This document shows positions 14,876 through 32,597 of a stretch of 64,000 nt of DNA, piece after piece. Source of the DNA: Octopus vulgaris (lineage: Eukaryota); contig OX597832.1 of assembly GCA_951406725.2 (NCBI GenBank), positions 18,724,001-18,788,000 of the forward strand, given 5' to 3'. The notes below the pieces were generated by a model. It searched no databases. It was not told where the DNA came from and saw only the letters and a program-made list of their open reading frames with translations. Within the stretch, counting starts at the first letter, position 1. Each line of letters starts with the position of its first letter. The position numbers and the translations under genes are program-made.

Positions 14876-15502
14876 GGCATGTATAATAGTAAGGTAAAAG
14901 AATGATAACGCTTTAACGTCGCGGCAGCTGCTGATTTTCATTTCAAATTCTTGCTTCCAAATCAGCAGAGAACAAAAATTAAATCTCTCATTCAAACAAA
15001 GACTCAAGTCTGATATCCGATTAGAAAGTAAATATTTAAATTTTTAAATATATACAAATATTTGTTTTGAAGAGAAAATGTATTAAAATAATTGCATGAA
15101 TAATTAAAAGATTAATATCGATTCATTCATCCCTAAAACGAACGCGGTAGACATAGATGTATCGTTAACAGTGTGTCGTTAAAGATAGTTCACTTACACG
15201 CTATCGTCTCTATCGATCTTGGTAAAGACGATAGGGGTCTTCGAAATATAATACAATTTCAAAATATTATTTTAGCAAACGTGCTTCCAATCAATACTAT
15301 TTGCAACAGGAATGCAAACGAAAAGGATTACCGTATGTGTTTATTTGATACAAGGCTCAAATTTCTGGAGGGATGTGAAAGTAAAATGTTAAATAGGCAA
15401 ACCTGTCACTGGTTGATATACATAGTAAGTGTAGAAATTGATGACGAAGTATCTATTTAAGTGCGTTAAGGGGGTTAAAGTACTCAATGCCGTGTGAAAA
15501 AT

Positions 15503-15664
15503 GGCGTAGGAGTGGCTGTGTGGTAAGTAGCTTGCTTAACAACAACATGGTTCCTGGTTCAGTCCAACTGCGTGGCACCTTGGAAGTGTCTTCTAATATA
15601 GCCTTGTGCCGACCAAAGCCTTGTGAGTGGTTTTGGTAGACGGAAACTGAAAGAAGCCCGTCGT

Positions 15665-15720
<56 letters not shown>

Positions 15721-15936
15721 TTGTGTGCCTGTGTTTGTCCCCCCAATATCGCTTTCCAACTGATGCTGGTGTGTTTACGTTCCCGTAACTTAGCGGTTCG
15801 GCAAAAGATACCGATAGAATAAGTGCTATGCTTACAAAGAATAATTCTTGGGGTCGATTTGCTCGACTAAAGGCGGTGCTCCAGCATGGCAGCACTCAAA
15901 TGACTGAAACAAGTAAAAGAGTAAAAGAGTAAAAGA
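15503..15936 (+). mobile_element. SINE family B
   Basis: Head ggcgtaggagtggctgtgtggtaag...ggttcagtcc; internal (TA)n; tail ggcggtgctccagcatggc...tgactgaaacaa(gtaaaaga)n. Confidence 0.9.
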
Positions 15937-16563
15937 ATATATTCTCAACTGATGCAACGTTCACATTTTATTGGGTCCATTATTAAGAATGCTTTATACA
16001 TTCTTGTGAAATTCTATTGAAAAAAATATAACTAACATCGCCTTAAATTTCCCCATAGATTAGAAAGTAAGCATAAGTCAGTTGATGTTCATATAATCAT
16101 ATAAAAATACATCAATAGAAAGCATATAAGGAAAACTAGCATACTTTGCGATCAGTAAAGTAGAATAAACTCTTTAAAACGCCCAGAATTCAATATAGCT
16201 TGTGTTCGCTACTTCTGAATAGTGTTGTTTCTGTATGTTCATTTTCTGCATCAGACATTTTCCACAATTTTACACATAATAAGTGTAGGGATTATTTCAG
16301 GAAAACGTCGGAGAAGTTCTTTCACTGAGGTGGTTTTATATGACCGACACGTGTCTGACATTCTCACCCTGACTCGCAAGCATAATAAAATTAATATTTA
16401 TCAGTAGTTAACGTCGAGATTTCTTCTACAATTAACTGCTCACTAAATCGAATATGATCAAATATGTTAACTATATGAAAAATATCAATAGAAAAGGAAT
16501 GTAAAGACATAAATAGCAGAAGAAGAATATGTCTTTACATTGCAGGAATCGTGGAAACTGGAA

Positions 16564-16947
16564 AGGATTGGCTGTGTGGTAAGTAGCTTGCTTACCAATC
16601 TCATGGTTCCGGGTTCAGTCCCACTGCGTTGCCCCTAGGGCTAGTGTATTCTACTATAGCCTCGGGCCAGCCAAAGCCTTTTGAGTGGATTTGGTAGACG
16701 GAAACTGAAAGAAGCCCGTCGTATATATGTATACATATATGTATGTTTGTGTGTCTGAGTTTGTCCCCCCAGGAGCGCTTGACAAGCGATGCAGGTATGT
16801 TTACGTTCCCGTAACTTAGCGGTTCGGCAAAAGAGTACGATAGACTAAGTACTAGGCCTACAAAAATAACTCCTGGGGTCGATTTGCTCGACTAAAGGCG
16901 GTGCTCCAGCATGTCCACAGTCAAATGACTGAAACAAGTAAAAAGAG
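16564..16947 (+). mobile_element. SINE family B
   Basis: Colinear with 15503-15936. Confidence 0.9.
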
Positions 16948-17779
16948 CCAAAACATTTGTAAATGTGGATAATAACTATATATAAACCAATTTCCGAACA
17001 TATAATTGGTTTCGTATTAATAGAGGTAAAATTTGCGATGGTTAGGTCTTTTTCAGTGTATTACTTGGAATAGATGTGACCAACGATTTTCTCCTATGTT
17101 TATGCCCTATTCTATACAACATTCACAGAGAATATGTACAAAATTATCAGCAAAAATTTCACAGAGTTGCGGTCATTGTCTGCACGTATTGATTATGCTC
17201 ATATAAAACTGACTTAACATGCATTCCTTTCTGGACACAAAAGTTTGCCTGCCATTTCTCATATGTAAACTCAGCACGAACAGGAACAGCGGCCTACACG
17301 TCTTTGGATTTTGTTATCATGCTTGTTCAGTAGACACTCAAGCTTTTATGAGCAGACACATTACGTAATGCACTGAACATTGAGTAAATATACTCATATA
17401 TATTGGTGGTTTTGTGTGAATTTGTGTGTATATGTGTATGAGTGTGTGTGCATGCATGTTTTCACATATAATTTCTGCGATGTACAATATATCATCTACT
17501 TATCTACAGGGGAGTTTCAAGTATATTTGCTGGTATTTCTAGTAATTCTCGTAAAGACGACTCTGGGTTATACGTTGCTTGCTACAGCGCTAGTTATTTG
17601 AAATAGAAAGTGAATTTAGGGAAGCAACAATATAACGCATAAGCAGAAGATAAAAAATGCAAACTCAAAACACTATTAAAAGTATAAAAACTAAATGACA
17701 CCGCAACTCCATTATCTGACGTGTTTATCCATACATATACATATATGTAAATGAGTACATAAAAATATATAGTCGTAAA

Positions 17780-21260
<3,481 letters not shown>

Positions 21261-21526
21261 AGTGTAGAGTCATAGCAGTCCACATTTGACCATTAGGGCC
21301 ACAACTTCATCATCATCACTATTTCCAAACTCACGTTACCGCACCCAGATGCTCTATCATCATTCTTACCGTGCTCAAATACCGGTGAGAGAAGTCATTG
21401 CGTATATCACATTTGATTGCACAGTGCGCTATATATTTGTTTAAGGCTATATATATATCCAATGCATAATTATTTTGTTATTGTGTAAATGCAAATCTAG
21501 ACAACCCAAATATCAGCACGATATTT

Positions 21527-21830
21527 TCTTTCTTTTTAGTTTAGCTCAGAACTGCGGCCATGCTGATGCACCGCCATTTTGCTACACTGTTCTTACTAAG
21601 AGCCTGTTGTGATATGTGGCACTTGGTGAAGAATGGAGTTTGATATAGCTACCCTCCTTTGCACCTCTTGCCGTGAGGTAGGTTTATCTGAGACTATCGA
21701 CAGGAAGAGGTCCAGCTTTGATTTAAAACCCTCTACATTTACTTTGTGCAAGTTCCTCAGACTCTTTGGGAGAATATTAAAAAGTTGTGGGCCCTTGAAA
21801 CCCAGGCTCTTGCAGTAGCTGCTCCTGAAG
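21527..21830 (-). mobile_element. 3' end of a CR1/L2-group LINE (ORF2 C-terminus plus 3' tail)
   Basis: Minus frame 21829-21596 reads FRSSYCKSLGFKGPQLFNILPKSLRNLHKVNVEGFKSKLDLFLSIVSDKP...*, matching the CR1-group C-terminal pattern (F/W)N.LP..FK..LD.FL. Tail is ggcggtgcatcagcatggccgcagttctgagctaaactaaaaagaaag. Confidence 0.78.
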
Positions 21831-21885
<55 letters not shown>

Positions 21886-22448
21886 GAGTCAATAAAAGAA
21901 AATGGACAAGAAAAATTAAAAAGGTGCTTGGTTCGTTAAATTTGTATTATATTTGGAAAAGTAATGCAACATAAAAGATGAAAGAAATATACCTATATGA
22001 GTACAAAAGGAACTGCCTCAAACTAAGAAATAACCCAAGACATCTGATATTCTACATACATGTATATGTTGCCATATAACAATATTTCAGAATCGTCAGT
22101 AATTATAACATTAAAAGATGCAATGATCTGTGCATTGGTAGATACCTTCAGGAAAAATATGTGTAATTTACGTGGATATTGCTTCCTCTAATTGTGAATG
22201 TATATACATACATACTTACAGACACCACCACCACCACCACCATCACGGTCACTGCTACTACTACGAGCAACGGTCTCTGCTACTACTGGTATTACGGCTA
22301 ACGGTCACTTTCAAGATTACAGCTAACGATTCTAAGGTGAATAAAGTGAATAAAATCAAAATAAGCAACAGGATATACCGAGGTGTTGCAGTACGACCGT
22401 TTCAAGCGACTCCATTTAATTGAATGATTCATTCATTCCATCAATGCA

Positions 22449-22504
<56 letters not shown>

Positions 22505-23249
22505 TATATACATGAGTGAAAGTACAAATACATAAGTTTTGAAAAAAATAGGTTCATATTTATCACACCATCCTATCGCCATCATCAGCATATTCATCAG
22601 TGCCAGTACCGCTATTAATAACATACTGATAATTAAATTTGTGTTTTTATTTTTCATTTTTTCTGCTGCTAGTCTTGAAAGGAATATATTTTGTTATGTC
22701 TTCACACACTCTAAAAGCAACAGACCTCCTCTCTTGTTCATCCTTATCATGAAACCACGTATAAAGAAATTGTCTTCCGTATTGTGTATTTCCATCATTC
22801 TTTGTCTTGGTATTGTTTCACGTTTTTCTAGGCCCAGAAATGACTGAAATTTATGACCAGCTCGACTTCGATATGAAATGATAAAACAAATATAAGGATC
22901 GTAATTTTCATAAAGCAAGACGATATTGATGGTTCTCTTGAGTTCCTTTTCAAACTTGTGTAATTTTAGAGTTTTTCTGAAGATGTTTACTTTAACATGA
23001 GCATAGTAAAGTCATACTTTGTAAGCTGAACACTGAGGAAGACTTGGAAAAGATGATGGACAAGAACTGGAGTAGAAAAATATGAGGTGGAATAAAAAGA
23101 AGATGAAGCTGTATTGTAGTAGTAGTAGTAGTAGTAGTGGCAGCAGTATTTCTGCAAGCAGAGCCATTATAATTAGTAGCGGACGAAACAATCAATACTG
23201 CATCAGCGAAAGTCGTAGCTGTGATATATGAAACTGATTGGCAATAAGT

Positions 23250-23508
<259 letters not shown>

Positions 23509-23524
23509 CCGACCACACCGACTC

Positions 23525-23680
23525 CATTGCTCAAGTGGTACATATTTTATCGACCCTGAAACGATCTAAACGAAAAGTGAAGTTGACTTCGGCTTAATTT
23601 GAACTCACAACATAAAGATGGACGAAATGCTACCTCTAAGCCTTTTCCAGGTTTGCTAACGTTTCTGCTAACTCGCCGAC
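23525..23680 (-). mobile_element. Degenerate family A-like SINE
   Basis: ttttatcgaccc...aatttgaactca...gctaacgtttctgctaactcgcc. Confidence 0.6.
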
Positions 23681-23739
23681 TAATAACAATATTAATGATC
23701 TCTTTATTGGCCTGGAGCGATGAACGCTTAACAAATGGG

Positions 23740-24110
23740 GGCAATATAAATCATGGGACAAATGGGGTGTTGAACAATGACGAGTATATAATTAAAAATG
23801 GTGAAATTTACATGGGATATGCCAAAGTCCACAGATTAGAAGCTGTGATGTAACAACCACAATTCACTCTCCTACGAAATGAGACGAAAGAATAAGTCTT
23901 CATCGACTTAGTTCTATCTGCAGACCAAAAGATTGAGAAGACACTCGAAGAGAAAGTCAAAAAGTAGCAAGGCCTGGCATTGGACCAAAATCTCATCTAA
24001 GAAGCCTGGAAAGTGAGTGCGGTACCTATTGCGATCGGTCGGTTCACTTACGACGAAATCAAAAAAGCAGTATTCTGGCTTTAAAAGCTGAGAAATGCCC
24101 ATACTTTATA
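23740..24110 (+). pseudogene. Decayed restriction-like endonuclease region of an R4/Dong-type non-LTR retrotransposon
   Basis: With in-frame stops it reads NHGTNGVLNNDEY...HRLEA...ETKE*VFIDLVLSADQKIEKTLEEKVKK*QGLA...WKVSAVPIAIG, resembling the RLE pattern IID...D..I..KE.EK..KYQDLA...W..V.VVP.VIG. Confidence 0.55.
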
Positions 24111-24189
24111 ATAAGTGCTCAAAGAAAAGTGTTGCGATTCTAATATGTAGGAAGGAGCTGAGATGTGACATAGATGACTCAGGAAAAGA

Positions 24190-24735
<546 letters not shown>

Positions 24736-25419
24736 GTGTACAGCATTATGCAACTCCCGTCCCCAATCCTATCGGTTTAATATACTTTACGCAAATTTTA
24801 CAGTGTAGACACTTTCTAAACAGTGTCTGCAGTTACAAAACAAGATAAAAAAAACTATATTGAATAGAATGAATATACATTAAACACAAAAGTAGTCAGA
24901 GTATACTGATAACGTCAAATTAGTGTTGCATATCGTTAAACACAATTAGTTTTTAACTATGTAATATTTGCATATATGGGCACCGACTCCTGATTATATT
25001 TTCTCTTTAATGGCAAATCCATCCTCTATATTTTATGATATTTTTTTTTGGTTTTGTTTGTATTATTTTCTTTTTGTATTTACTCTCTGCAGATCTGTGC
25101 GGTGTTTCATAGCATAAAATGTGAGAAAACAGGCTAAATACAAACCAAATTACCCTCAACAGATGCTCAAATATAATAAACCTGCTGATCATGTATTAAT
25201 TGAGGCACAGGTTAAATACGTAAAGTCTAATCTATAGAACTTTGATATTTAATAATCATTGTTTGTGTATACAATTGACATGAATGCAGAACTCCAGTGA
25301 AAGGAATGCCAGTCAACGATACATGTTTTCAAAATGTTGCAGTAACTGTATGTTATCTAGGTAAATTAACTCTAAATTACACTTAAAAAAAAAAAAGGTA
25401 ACGAAAATTTTACTCGCAG

Positions 25420-25551
<132 letters not shown>

Positions 25552-26858
25552 GTATGTATATACATGCGTATGTGCCTGTGTGCGTGTACGTGTGTGTATA
25601 ATCCTATGTATGCATATGTATATATATATGTATATGCATATAAGTGTATAATATTTGTGTGAGGCTATGTATGTTGTATGAATGTATGCCGATATATGTA
25701 AAAACAAATACATACACGCACGTGCATGTATATACATATACATATATGTATGTATGTATATTTATATATGTATACACTTATGTATACATGCTATACATGC
25801 ACAAGTCTTTGTTTGCTAAATTTTATCCTAAAATATTTTTATACGTATTTTCCTCTTTTAGTTTTCTGTTCAATTTCAAATTTGAATAATGTTATGTTTA
25901 CTTTTAACATTATAAATTCTTGTTTTCATTGCTCCCTATTTTTATCAATAAATTTGTTTGAAATCACCGTTTCTCATTCTCCTTCCTTGTTTGTTTTTGT
26001 CGTTCTTTTTTGTTGTTTTTTCCTTCCACATTCTACCCTAATTTATTTTAAATTCTTCACTTTCGCTCCTTTTATGTTTACCTTTTATACGAAAATTTAT
26101 TTGTATTCTTTGTAGCTGTAGTGTAAATGTTTTGATAAAACAACAATGCAGGAGAACTCCGTTGCAAGTTGCAAGTTGAATCAGTGACTTTGGCTTTAAG
26201 CTATAATATTTGCCCTTTGTGTATTGAAATATCTCTGTATAAGTTTGTTTTGCGAGCTGAGCAAATATGGCTGCGTCCGAAATTTATCTAAATATGGAGG
26301 CATTTAGATTAAAATTCTTTGTAATCACAAATTGCTCCAAATCCGTTAGTATACTTGAACTTTCGATATACATTAATGGTTAATGGTGAATGGTTAATGT
26401 TATTAAGCTAACCATGATGATCACAGCTTCTCACTTTTAATACGTTACAGATATGAGGCATAATTTCCCGTTAACAATAAACCCACTTCTACATATCTAG
26501 CGAAATGAGCAACATTGAACCAATAATGTAACCAGCGCTCAGTCGTTCGATATACGAGACGAATTATCTTTCAAATCACACATTACGGTCTTTAGAAAAG
26601 GAAATATACATTATATAATTTTGACTGAAAAATATGATTGTTATAATAACTTTGATCATTGTTTAGCCTAATAAATGCTAACATGAGGTAAATGGTATCA
26701 AGAGTATACCTAACTTCACTATGTTTTATGCTTCAAAATAATTACAATAGCAGATTCTGACTATATTTAGTGACTGATCTCTAGCTGCATATTCATGATT
26801 CACTGTGGATTTTTTTTTCTTTTACTTTTTGGGTCTTGAGGTAGAAATAGTGCATGTG

Positions 26859-26934
<76 letters not shown>

Positions 26935-27181
26935 GGACTCTTGACTTTTTTGCCATTGATGTGACACCTGGACGTTTGAAAGTCAAATTCAGCTGGAATA
27001 TGTGAGCAAGGATGCAATTTCAGAGGGACAACTAGAAAGAAGGACTTGGTCTAGTGATTAGTTCGCGTCTGAACGGTTAGATAAAGAAGGGTGATAAGAA
27101 AAGCGACGACGAGAACTATAATGCCTGAGTGGAGATGGAATAACCCCAGCCGTCGCCGATGAATTGCTGTAGAAACCGCAT

Positions 27182-27281
27182 NNNNNNNNNNNNNNNNNNN
27201 NNNNNNNNNNNNNNNNNNNNNNNNNNNNNNNNNNNNNNNNNNNNNNNNNNNNNNNNNNNNNNNNNNNNNNNNNNNNNNNNN
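27182..27281. other. Assembly gap (100 N)
   Basis: Run of exactly 100 N; the true gap size is unknown. Confidence 0.99.
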
Positions 27282-27399
27282 CACAGGTCGACGTGATGAT
27301 GGTGGAGAGACGGGTGGGGGTGAGAGAGAGAGAGAGAGAAGGCGGGAGAGAGACAAACGAGAGCGGAACAAAATACCTAGAAGACGCTGTCTGATTGTC

Positions 27400-27570
27400 G
27401 AAGTTAAACATCTTAATTAGACTTAATTGAACTACTCATTGGCTGTTTCGCTCCCTAAACCAGCGTAATTACGCCAGGAAGGGAAATGATTGCTAGGTCA
27501 GACTTAGGCGAATGGACGCTGGAATTAATCCAGGCTTATTAACTAGTTTACCATAACAACCAGATTTTGG
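27400..27570. promoter_or_regulatory. Candidate cis-regulatory element (clustered homeodomain TAAT sites, CCAAT box)
   Basis: ttaattag, ttaattga, gtaattac and aattaatcc within about 120 bp; ATTGG at 27438-42; X-box-like ttaccataacaac at about 27548-60; non-repeat, relatively GC-rich context. Confidence 0.3.
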
Positions 27571-27801
27571 CCTCGTTTTATTCCTGTGTTGAGGTGTATT
27601 TATTTATTTGGGTTTTATTTGGTTCTTCTTTGCTTCGTTATTTGTTTTTCAGTTTATTTTGTTTTGTTCAAAATTTGTTATTGTTTTTTTTTCCTCCTAA
27701 TGTTTAACTTACCCTCATATCTCTAAATTTTTCCTGTTTTCGTTTTATTTTGTTATAGTTGTTTTGTTCCTGTTTATGTTTGAAAATCATTTGTTTATCT
27801 A

Positions 27802-27853
<52 letters not shown>

Positions 27854-27960
27854 GTATATATATATGCGCTTCTGTGTGTACGTACATGTATAATTAATTC
27901 ACAAATAATACGTTTTCCACATTCATATGCACGTAAATATTTTGTTGATATATATACATA

Positions 27961-28126
27961 GGCTTAGGAGTGGCTGTGTGGTAAGTAGCATGCTTACGAA
28001 CCACATGTTTCCGGGTTCAGTCCCATTGCGTGACACCTTGGGCAAGTGTCTTCTACTATAGCCTCAGGACGACCAAAGCCTTGTGAGTGGATTTGGTAGA
28101 CGGAAAATGAAAGAAACCCGTCATAT

Positions 28127-28185
<59 letters not shown>

Positions 28186-28405
28186 TGTGTGTGTGTGTAT
28201 GTTTGTGTGTCTCTGAATGTCCTCCAACATCACTTGCCAACCGATGCTGGCGTGTTTACTTACACGTAACTTAGCGATTCGGCAAAGATACCGATAAAAT
28301 AAGTACGAGGCTCACAAAGAATAAGTCCTAAGGTCGATCTGCTCCAATAAAGGTAGTGCTCCAGCACGGTCGCTGTCAAATGACTGAAATAAGTAAAAGA
28401 GTAAA
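27961..28405 (+). mobile_element. SINE family B
   Basis: Colinear with the other family B copies. Confidence 0.88.
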
Positions 28406-28684
28406 ATAATATATGTGTGTATGTGCGTTTGTGCGTTTGCGTTTGAGTGTGTCTCGTTGCGTGCTTGTTATAGTGTTTAAGCGTTTTTTTTTTGTAGTTG
28501 CGTAGTGCGTCTTCCTGAAATTTTCTGTTAAATCTTGTTTTGAATCGATTGCTTTATTCATTGAATGATTTATTCGTGATTTTATTTTTGATTGACTTTT
28601 CCATTATCTATATGTTTATACATTTTATCTCTCCATATTTGCTTTTATTTCTTTGGTTTTATTTCCTTTCATTATGTACTATGT

Positions 28685-28906
28685 GGTGGCAGAAACGTTA
28701 GCACGTCGGGTGAAATGCGTAGCCGTATTTCGTCTGCCGTTAGGTTCTGAGTTCAAATTCCGCCGAGGTCGACTTTGCCTTTCATGCTTTCGGGGTCGAT
28801 TAAATAAGTACCAGTTACGCACTGCGGTTGATATAATTGACATAATCCGTTTGTCTGTCCTTGTTTGTCCCCTCTATGTTTAGCCCCTTGTGGGTAGTAA
28901 AGAAAT

Positions 28907-28910
<4 letters not shown>
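28685..28910 (+). mobile_element. SINE family A monomer
   Basis: tggcagaaacgttagc head through aaagaaataggt tail. Confidence 0.88.
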
Positions 28911-28955
<45 letters not shown>

Positions 28956-30192
28956 GCGTGTGTGTGTGCGTGCGCACTGGTTTCTTCTATTGGTTCCAAT
29001 TCAACTGTAAGAATACACCTTGAGCATCCATTAAAAGTTGCACAACTTTCTCCAAAATGTGGTATTTCCTCGAAGCAATATCTGGTTTTTGCCCACTTCC
29101 GTCCTTCTTATATACCATTTATACGCAATGGGAACGTGCTGTCATCTAGTCTACTTCTCGAATTTAATAATATAACAGGCGCTCGGGCATGTCAGATACA
29201 AACCAATTTGAGATGCGCTTACCGTTTTAGAACGTTAAAACTTGTGAAAGGCTAAAGTTCCTATATTAGGGTCCGAGATAACATTTTGATACATTTCTGT
29301 GAATAAAAATGCTTCTTATATTCCAAAGGCTGCAGACCAATACCGGACTTTAAATCATTTGGTACCGAGTCACTTACAAAGAATTTGAAGATGTCTCTAT
29401 TTTATTGATTCTTGTCTTTGGGTCTATGTATGTCTCCCATCCCATCCACTTGACGGCCGGTGTTGAGGTCTTTACGTCCCCATTACATAGAATGTGAGAG
29501 ACGGAGAGGAAGAAAATGGGAGAGAGAGAGAAAGAAAGAAAGAGTGATGAATGCTTGTATATTTCGCTGTCGTTTTGCACATGTGTGTGTGCATGTGTGT
29601 GTTGTGTGCGTGTGTGTGTGTGTGTGTGTATGTGAGTGTGTGTGTGTTTGTGTGAATGGCTTTGGGTGTGTCCACTATGTCTGCGCAACCAGTGTATGTT
29701 TATTGTCGACACTCATAACATTCATGATTTCGTATGAAAGATTGTTTCTCGTAACATTTCGTTGTTTAATTAGAACAAACCATATATATGAAAGAAAAAG
29801 GAAAAGAAAATACAGAAACATGAGATATTGCTAATTTCCGATGGCAATTAAAATGGCAATAGTAATGAATGAGATATATCCAAAGAGGATTAACATGAAA
29901 TTAATTAGAAGAATTTGAAAATAAAATTATATTGCGTATCAAATGTATTTTTAATTAATATATTTACATAGCAGAATAAGTACGATATGTGTGCAAATGA
30001 CACACAGAACTGTCTAACTTACCTTCCCGATGTATGTTAGACAGCTTATTGAACATTAAACCGTACATATGTTATTGAAAAGTAAGCCATACATATGTAT
30101 ATCAACCAATTCAAATATTGAATTATAATTGTTATGGCCTAATGGACTGTCAGATAAATTAATTCTTTGTTTTTTCCGTTTACTTTAATCCT

Positions 30193-30447
30193 GTGGAGGC
30201 GCGTGGCTAATTGATCAGGGTGCTGGACTCATGATCTGAAGATTGTCGTTTCGAATCCTGGACTAGGTGATGCGTTGTGTTCTTGAGCAAGACTCTTCAT
30301 TTAACTTTGCTCCAGCCTACTGAACTCGAAAAAATAAGTAACACTGGGACGGGTAGGTGTCCCGTCCTGACGGGATATATATATGCCATGGAAACAGGGA
30401 GTCCGGCCGTTATGAGTCCATATGACTCGTGAAGGAACATTACTTTT
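30193..30447 (+). mobile_element. tRNA-derived SINE, family C-like head with a different body (family D)
   Basis: gtggaggcgcgtggct A-box region, gtttcgaatcc B-box, gtgttcttgagcaagac segment, tail acattacttt. Confidence 0.65.
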
Positions 30448-30509
30448 TCACTTTACTTGTTTAATCCTCAGTTTTCATCAAGAACTTTAAAAAATAAGTC
30501 AATGACATA

Positions 30510-30975
30510 CTCTAGCTTATTTTTTGCCTTCACGGGGAAAATCGTCAATTCTTGTCTCGAAGAATTCGACGCACCAAGTTTTCAACTGAACGTTGTTGTT
30601 GACAGAAGTGCCTTGCAACTTGTTGGAGATGATAGGTAGGAAGCCATACCAGGAGAATGCAGTGGTCTGCAGTAGAACCTCCCACTCAAGCTGGTGAATA
30701 ACTTTTTGGGTCTAATTTGCGATGTGTAATCGAGCCATCATCGTGTCGAACACACAAACTGTGACGCCATTTGAGTCGCTTCAACTGGATTGCCTCATTG
30801 GGATGGTTCATCACTGAACGTAAAGGTCTATGTGAGCCAAGCAGTTGTTTTCATATCATTTCATAGTATTATATATTAGTTCTTACCAAGCCCACCAAAC
30901 GTATCGGAACTGAACCATTGTTTCCTCTGTTCCATAATGACATAAAGGCACCATTTCCCGTCGTCGGTAAGGAAA
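30510..30975 (-). pseudogene. Decayed mariner (DD34D-type) transposase
   Basis: Minus-strand frames give LTDDGKWCLYVIMEQRKQW (cf. VTGDEKW) and ARLHIAN*TQKVIHQLEWEVL...SNKLQGTSVNNNVQLKTWCVEFFETR (cf. HDNARPH..T...L.WEVLPHPPYSPDL...F.EFF.S). Stops and frameshifts are present. Confidence 0.75.
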
Positions 30976-31411
30976 TCTTTGTGCCCGTGAACAACATTAT
31001 GTGAAATGAACAAACTGGTGAACAAACGTCTATAAGAAATTTCATCAAAACTTCTACATCCTTCCCCTAAATGATTTTCTTCAAACAGACATTAATTTTT
31101 CACGCTCTCCTGTCTAGTCTGAGTGCACGTCTGACTTCATGCGTTACTTGCACACTGTACAAACGTACTGTCTTTTAGTTTTCTTCTCTTATTCGATAGT
31201 ATAAAAGATGCATGGGCTTATAAGACAAAGACTAATTTCAGATGCTCATACTAAATAAACATTTTAGTCTGCTAAATCTTGTGAAAGACTGAACTTCCTG
31301 TATAGGATACGAGATAGCATTTTGAAACATTTTTTTGTGAACAAAGGTGTGAAAATATTAAATACTTGTAGGCACACGATGTTCCGTTATGGAATCATAA
31401 TACAACAGAGT

Positions 31412-31637
31412 TGTATTATGGCCGAATCGTTAGCCCGCCGGGCGAAATGCTTAGCGGTATTTCGTCTGTCGTTATGTTCTTAGTTCAAATTCCACCGAGG
31501 TCGACTTTGCCTTTCATCCTTTCCGGGTCGATAAATAAAGTACCAGTTTCGCACTGGGGTCTATGTAATCGACTTAGTCCATTTGTCTGTCCTTGTTTGT
31601 CCCCTCTATGTTTAGCCCCCGTGGGTAGTAAAGAGAT
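31412..31637 (+). mobile_element. SINE family A monomer with 15-bp target-site duplication
   Basis: ataatacaacagagt at 31397-31411 and 31638-31652. Confidence 0.9.
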
Positions 31638-32506
31638 ATAATACAACAGAGTCCTTAATTCGTTATATACATAGACTGAAGCAAAAATGTAGGTTCCTTT
31701 GATATGAATTTTTTGGGTTTAAAATTTTCTGATAGATAAATGCGGAAGTCAAGTACTGATAGGATTTGAACCCAGAAAGTAGACTATGTTAGCTTAATAT
31801 CAGAAGGTATTTGGCCCACTTCTCTACCATTACTGTTAATCTGCCTCACTTCTGTAACATAGAATATTATGATTTTTTTTGTTTTTGCTTTTTTTTGTTT
31901 TTTAAAGAAGGAACAATTCCACCGATCTATATCGAACAGCATAGTAAATTATCGTAATACGCAGATTATTTCGCAAAACCTCATTTAGTTATTGAAAATT
32001 ACAGACATACAACAGAAAATGTCTCATAGTAACCGGCACCAACGATTTCGATATCAGTTCTTCAATAATTTCTCTTTAGAAAAAAAATATGTATTTCGCC
32101 TTTTTTTTTTTTTTAACCATTTTTACAGATTTTTTAGCCGAGTGTTGCCCTAAAATAAGACTTCAGATTTCTCTTCAAAGCTTGAAAAATCAAAGAACCT
32201 ACATTAACTGCTCTTATAGTGTGGTTGCAATATCTAATCCACGGAATGGATTTTTCGGGGATGGTGATGGTGGTGACGGTGGTGACTGAGTGGGATGGCG
32301 GTGGGCGAAAGTGATGCCTGTCACATCATAGTTTTATATTCGGATATTCCAATATTCCAATACATCAGTATCCATTTAATTCATATTTTTCTTTACGATT
32401 TTTTTGTATATATGTTCTTTACGTTGTTGAATAATTACAAACTTCTGACAGAAATATCACTCAGTAAATCTTCTATAAAATGTGTCATTACTGGAAGCTA
32501 TGGTAA

Positions 32507-32507
<1 letters not shown>

Positions 32508-32596
<89 letters not shown>
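32508..32596. repeat. (AAT)n microsatellite
   Basis: Seen directly. Confidence 0.97.
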
Positions 32597-32597
<1 letters not shown>

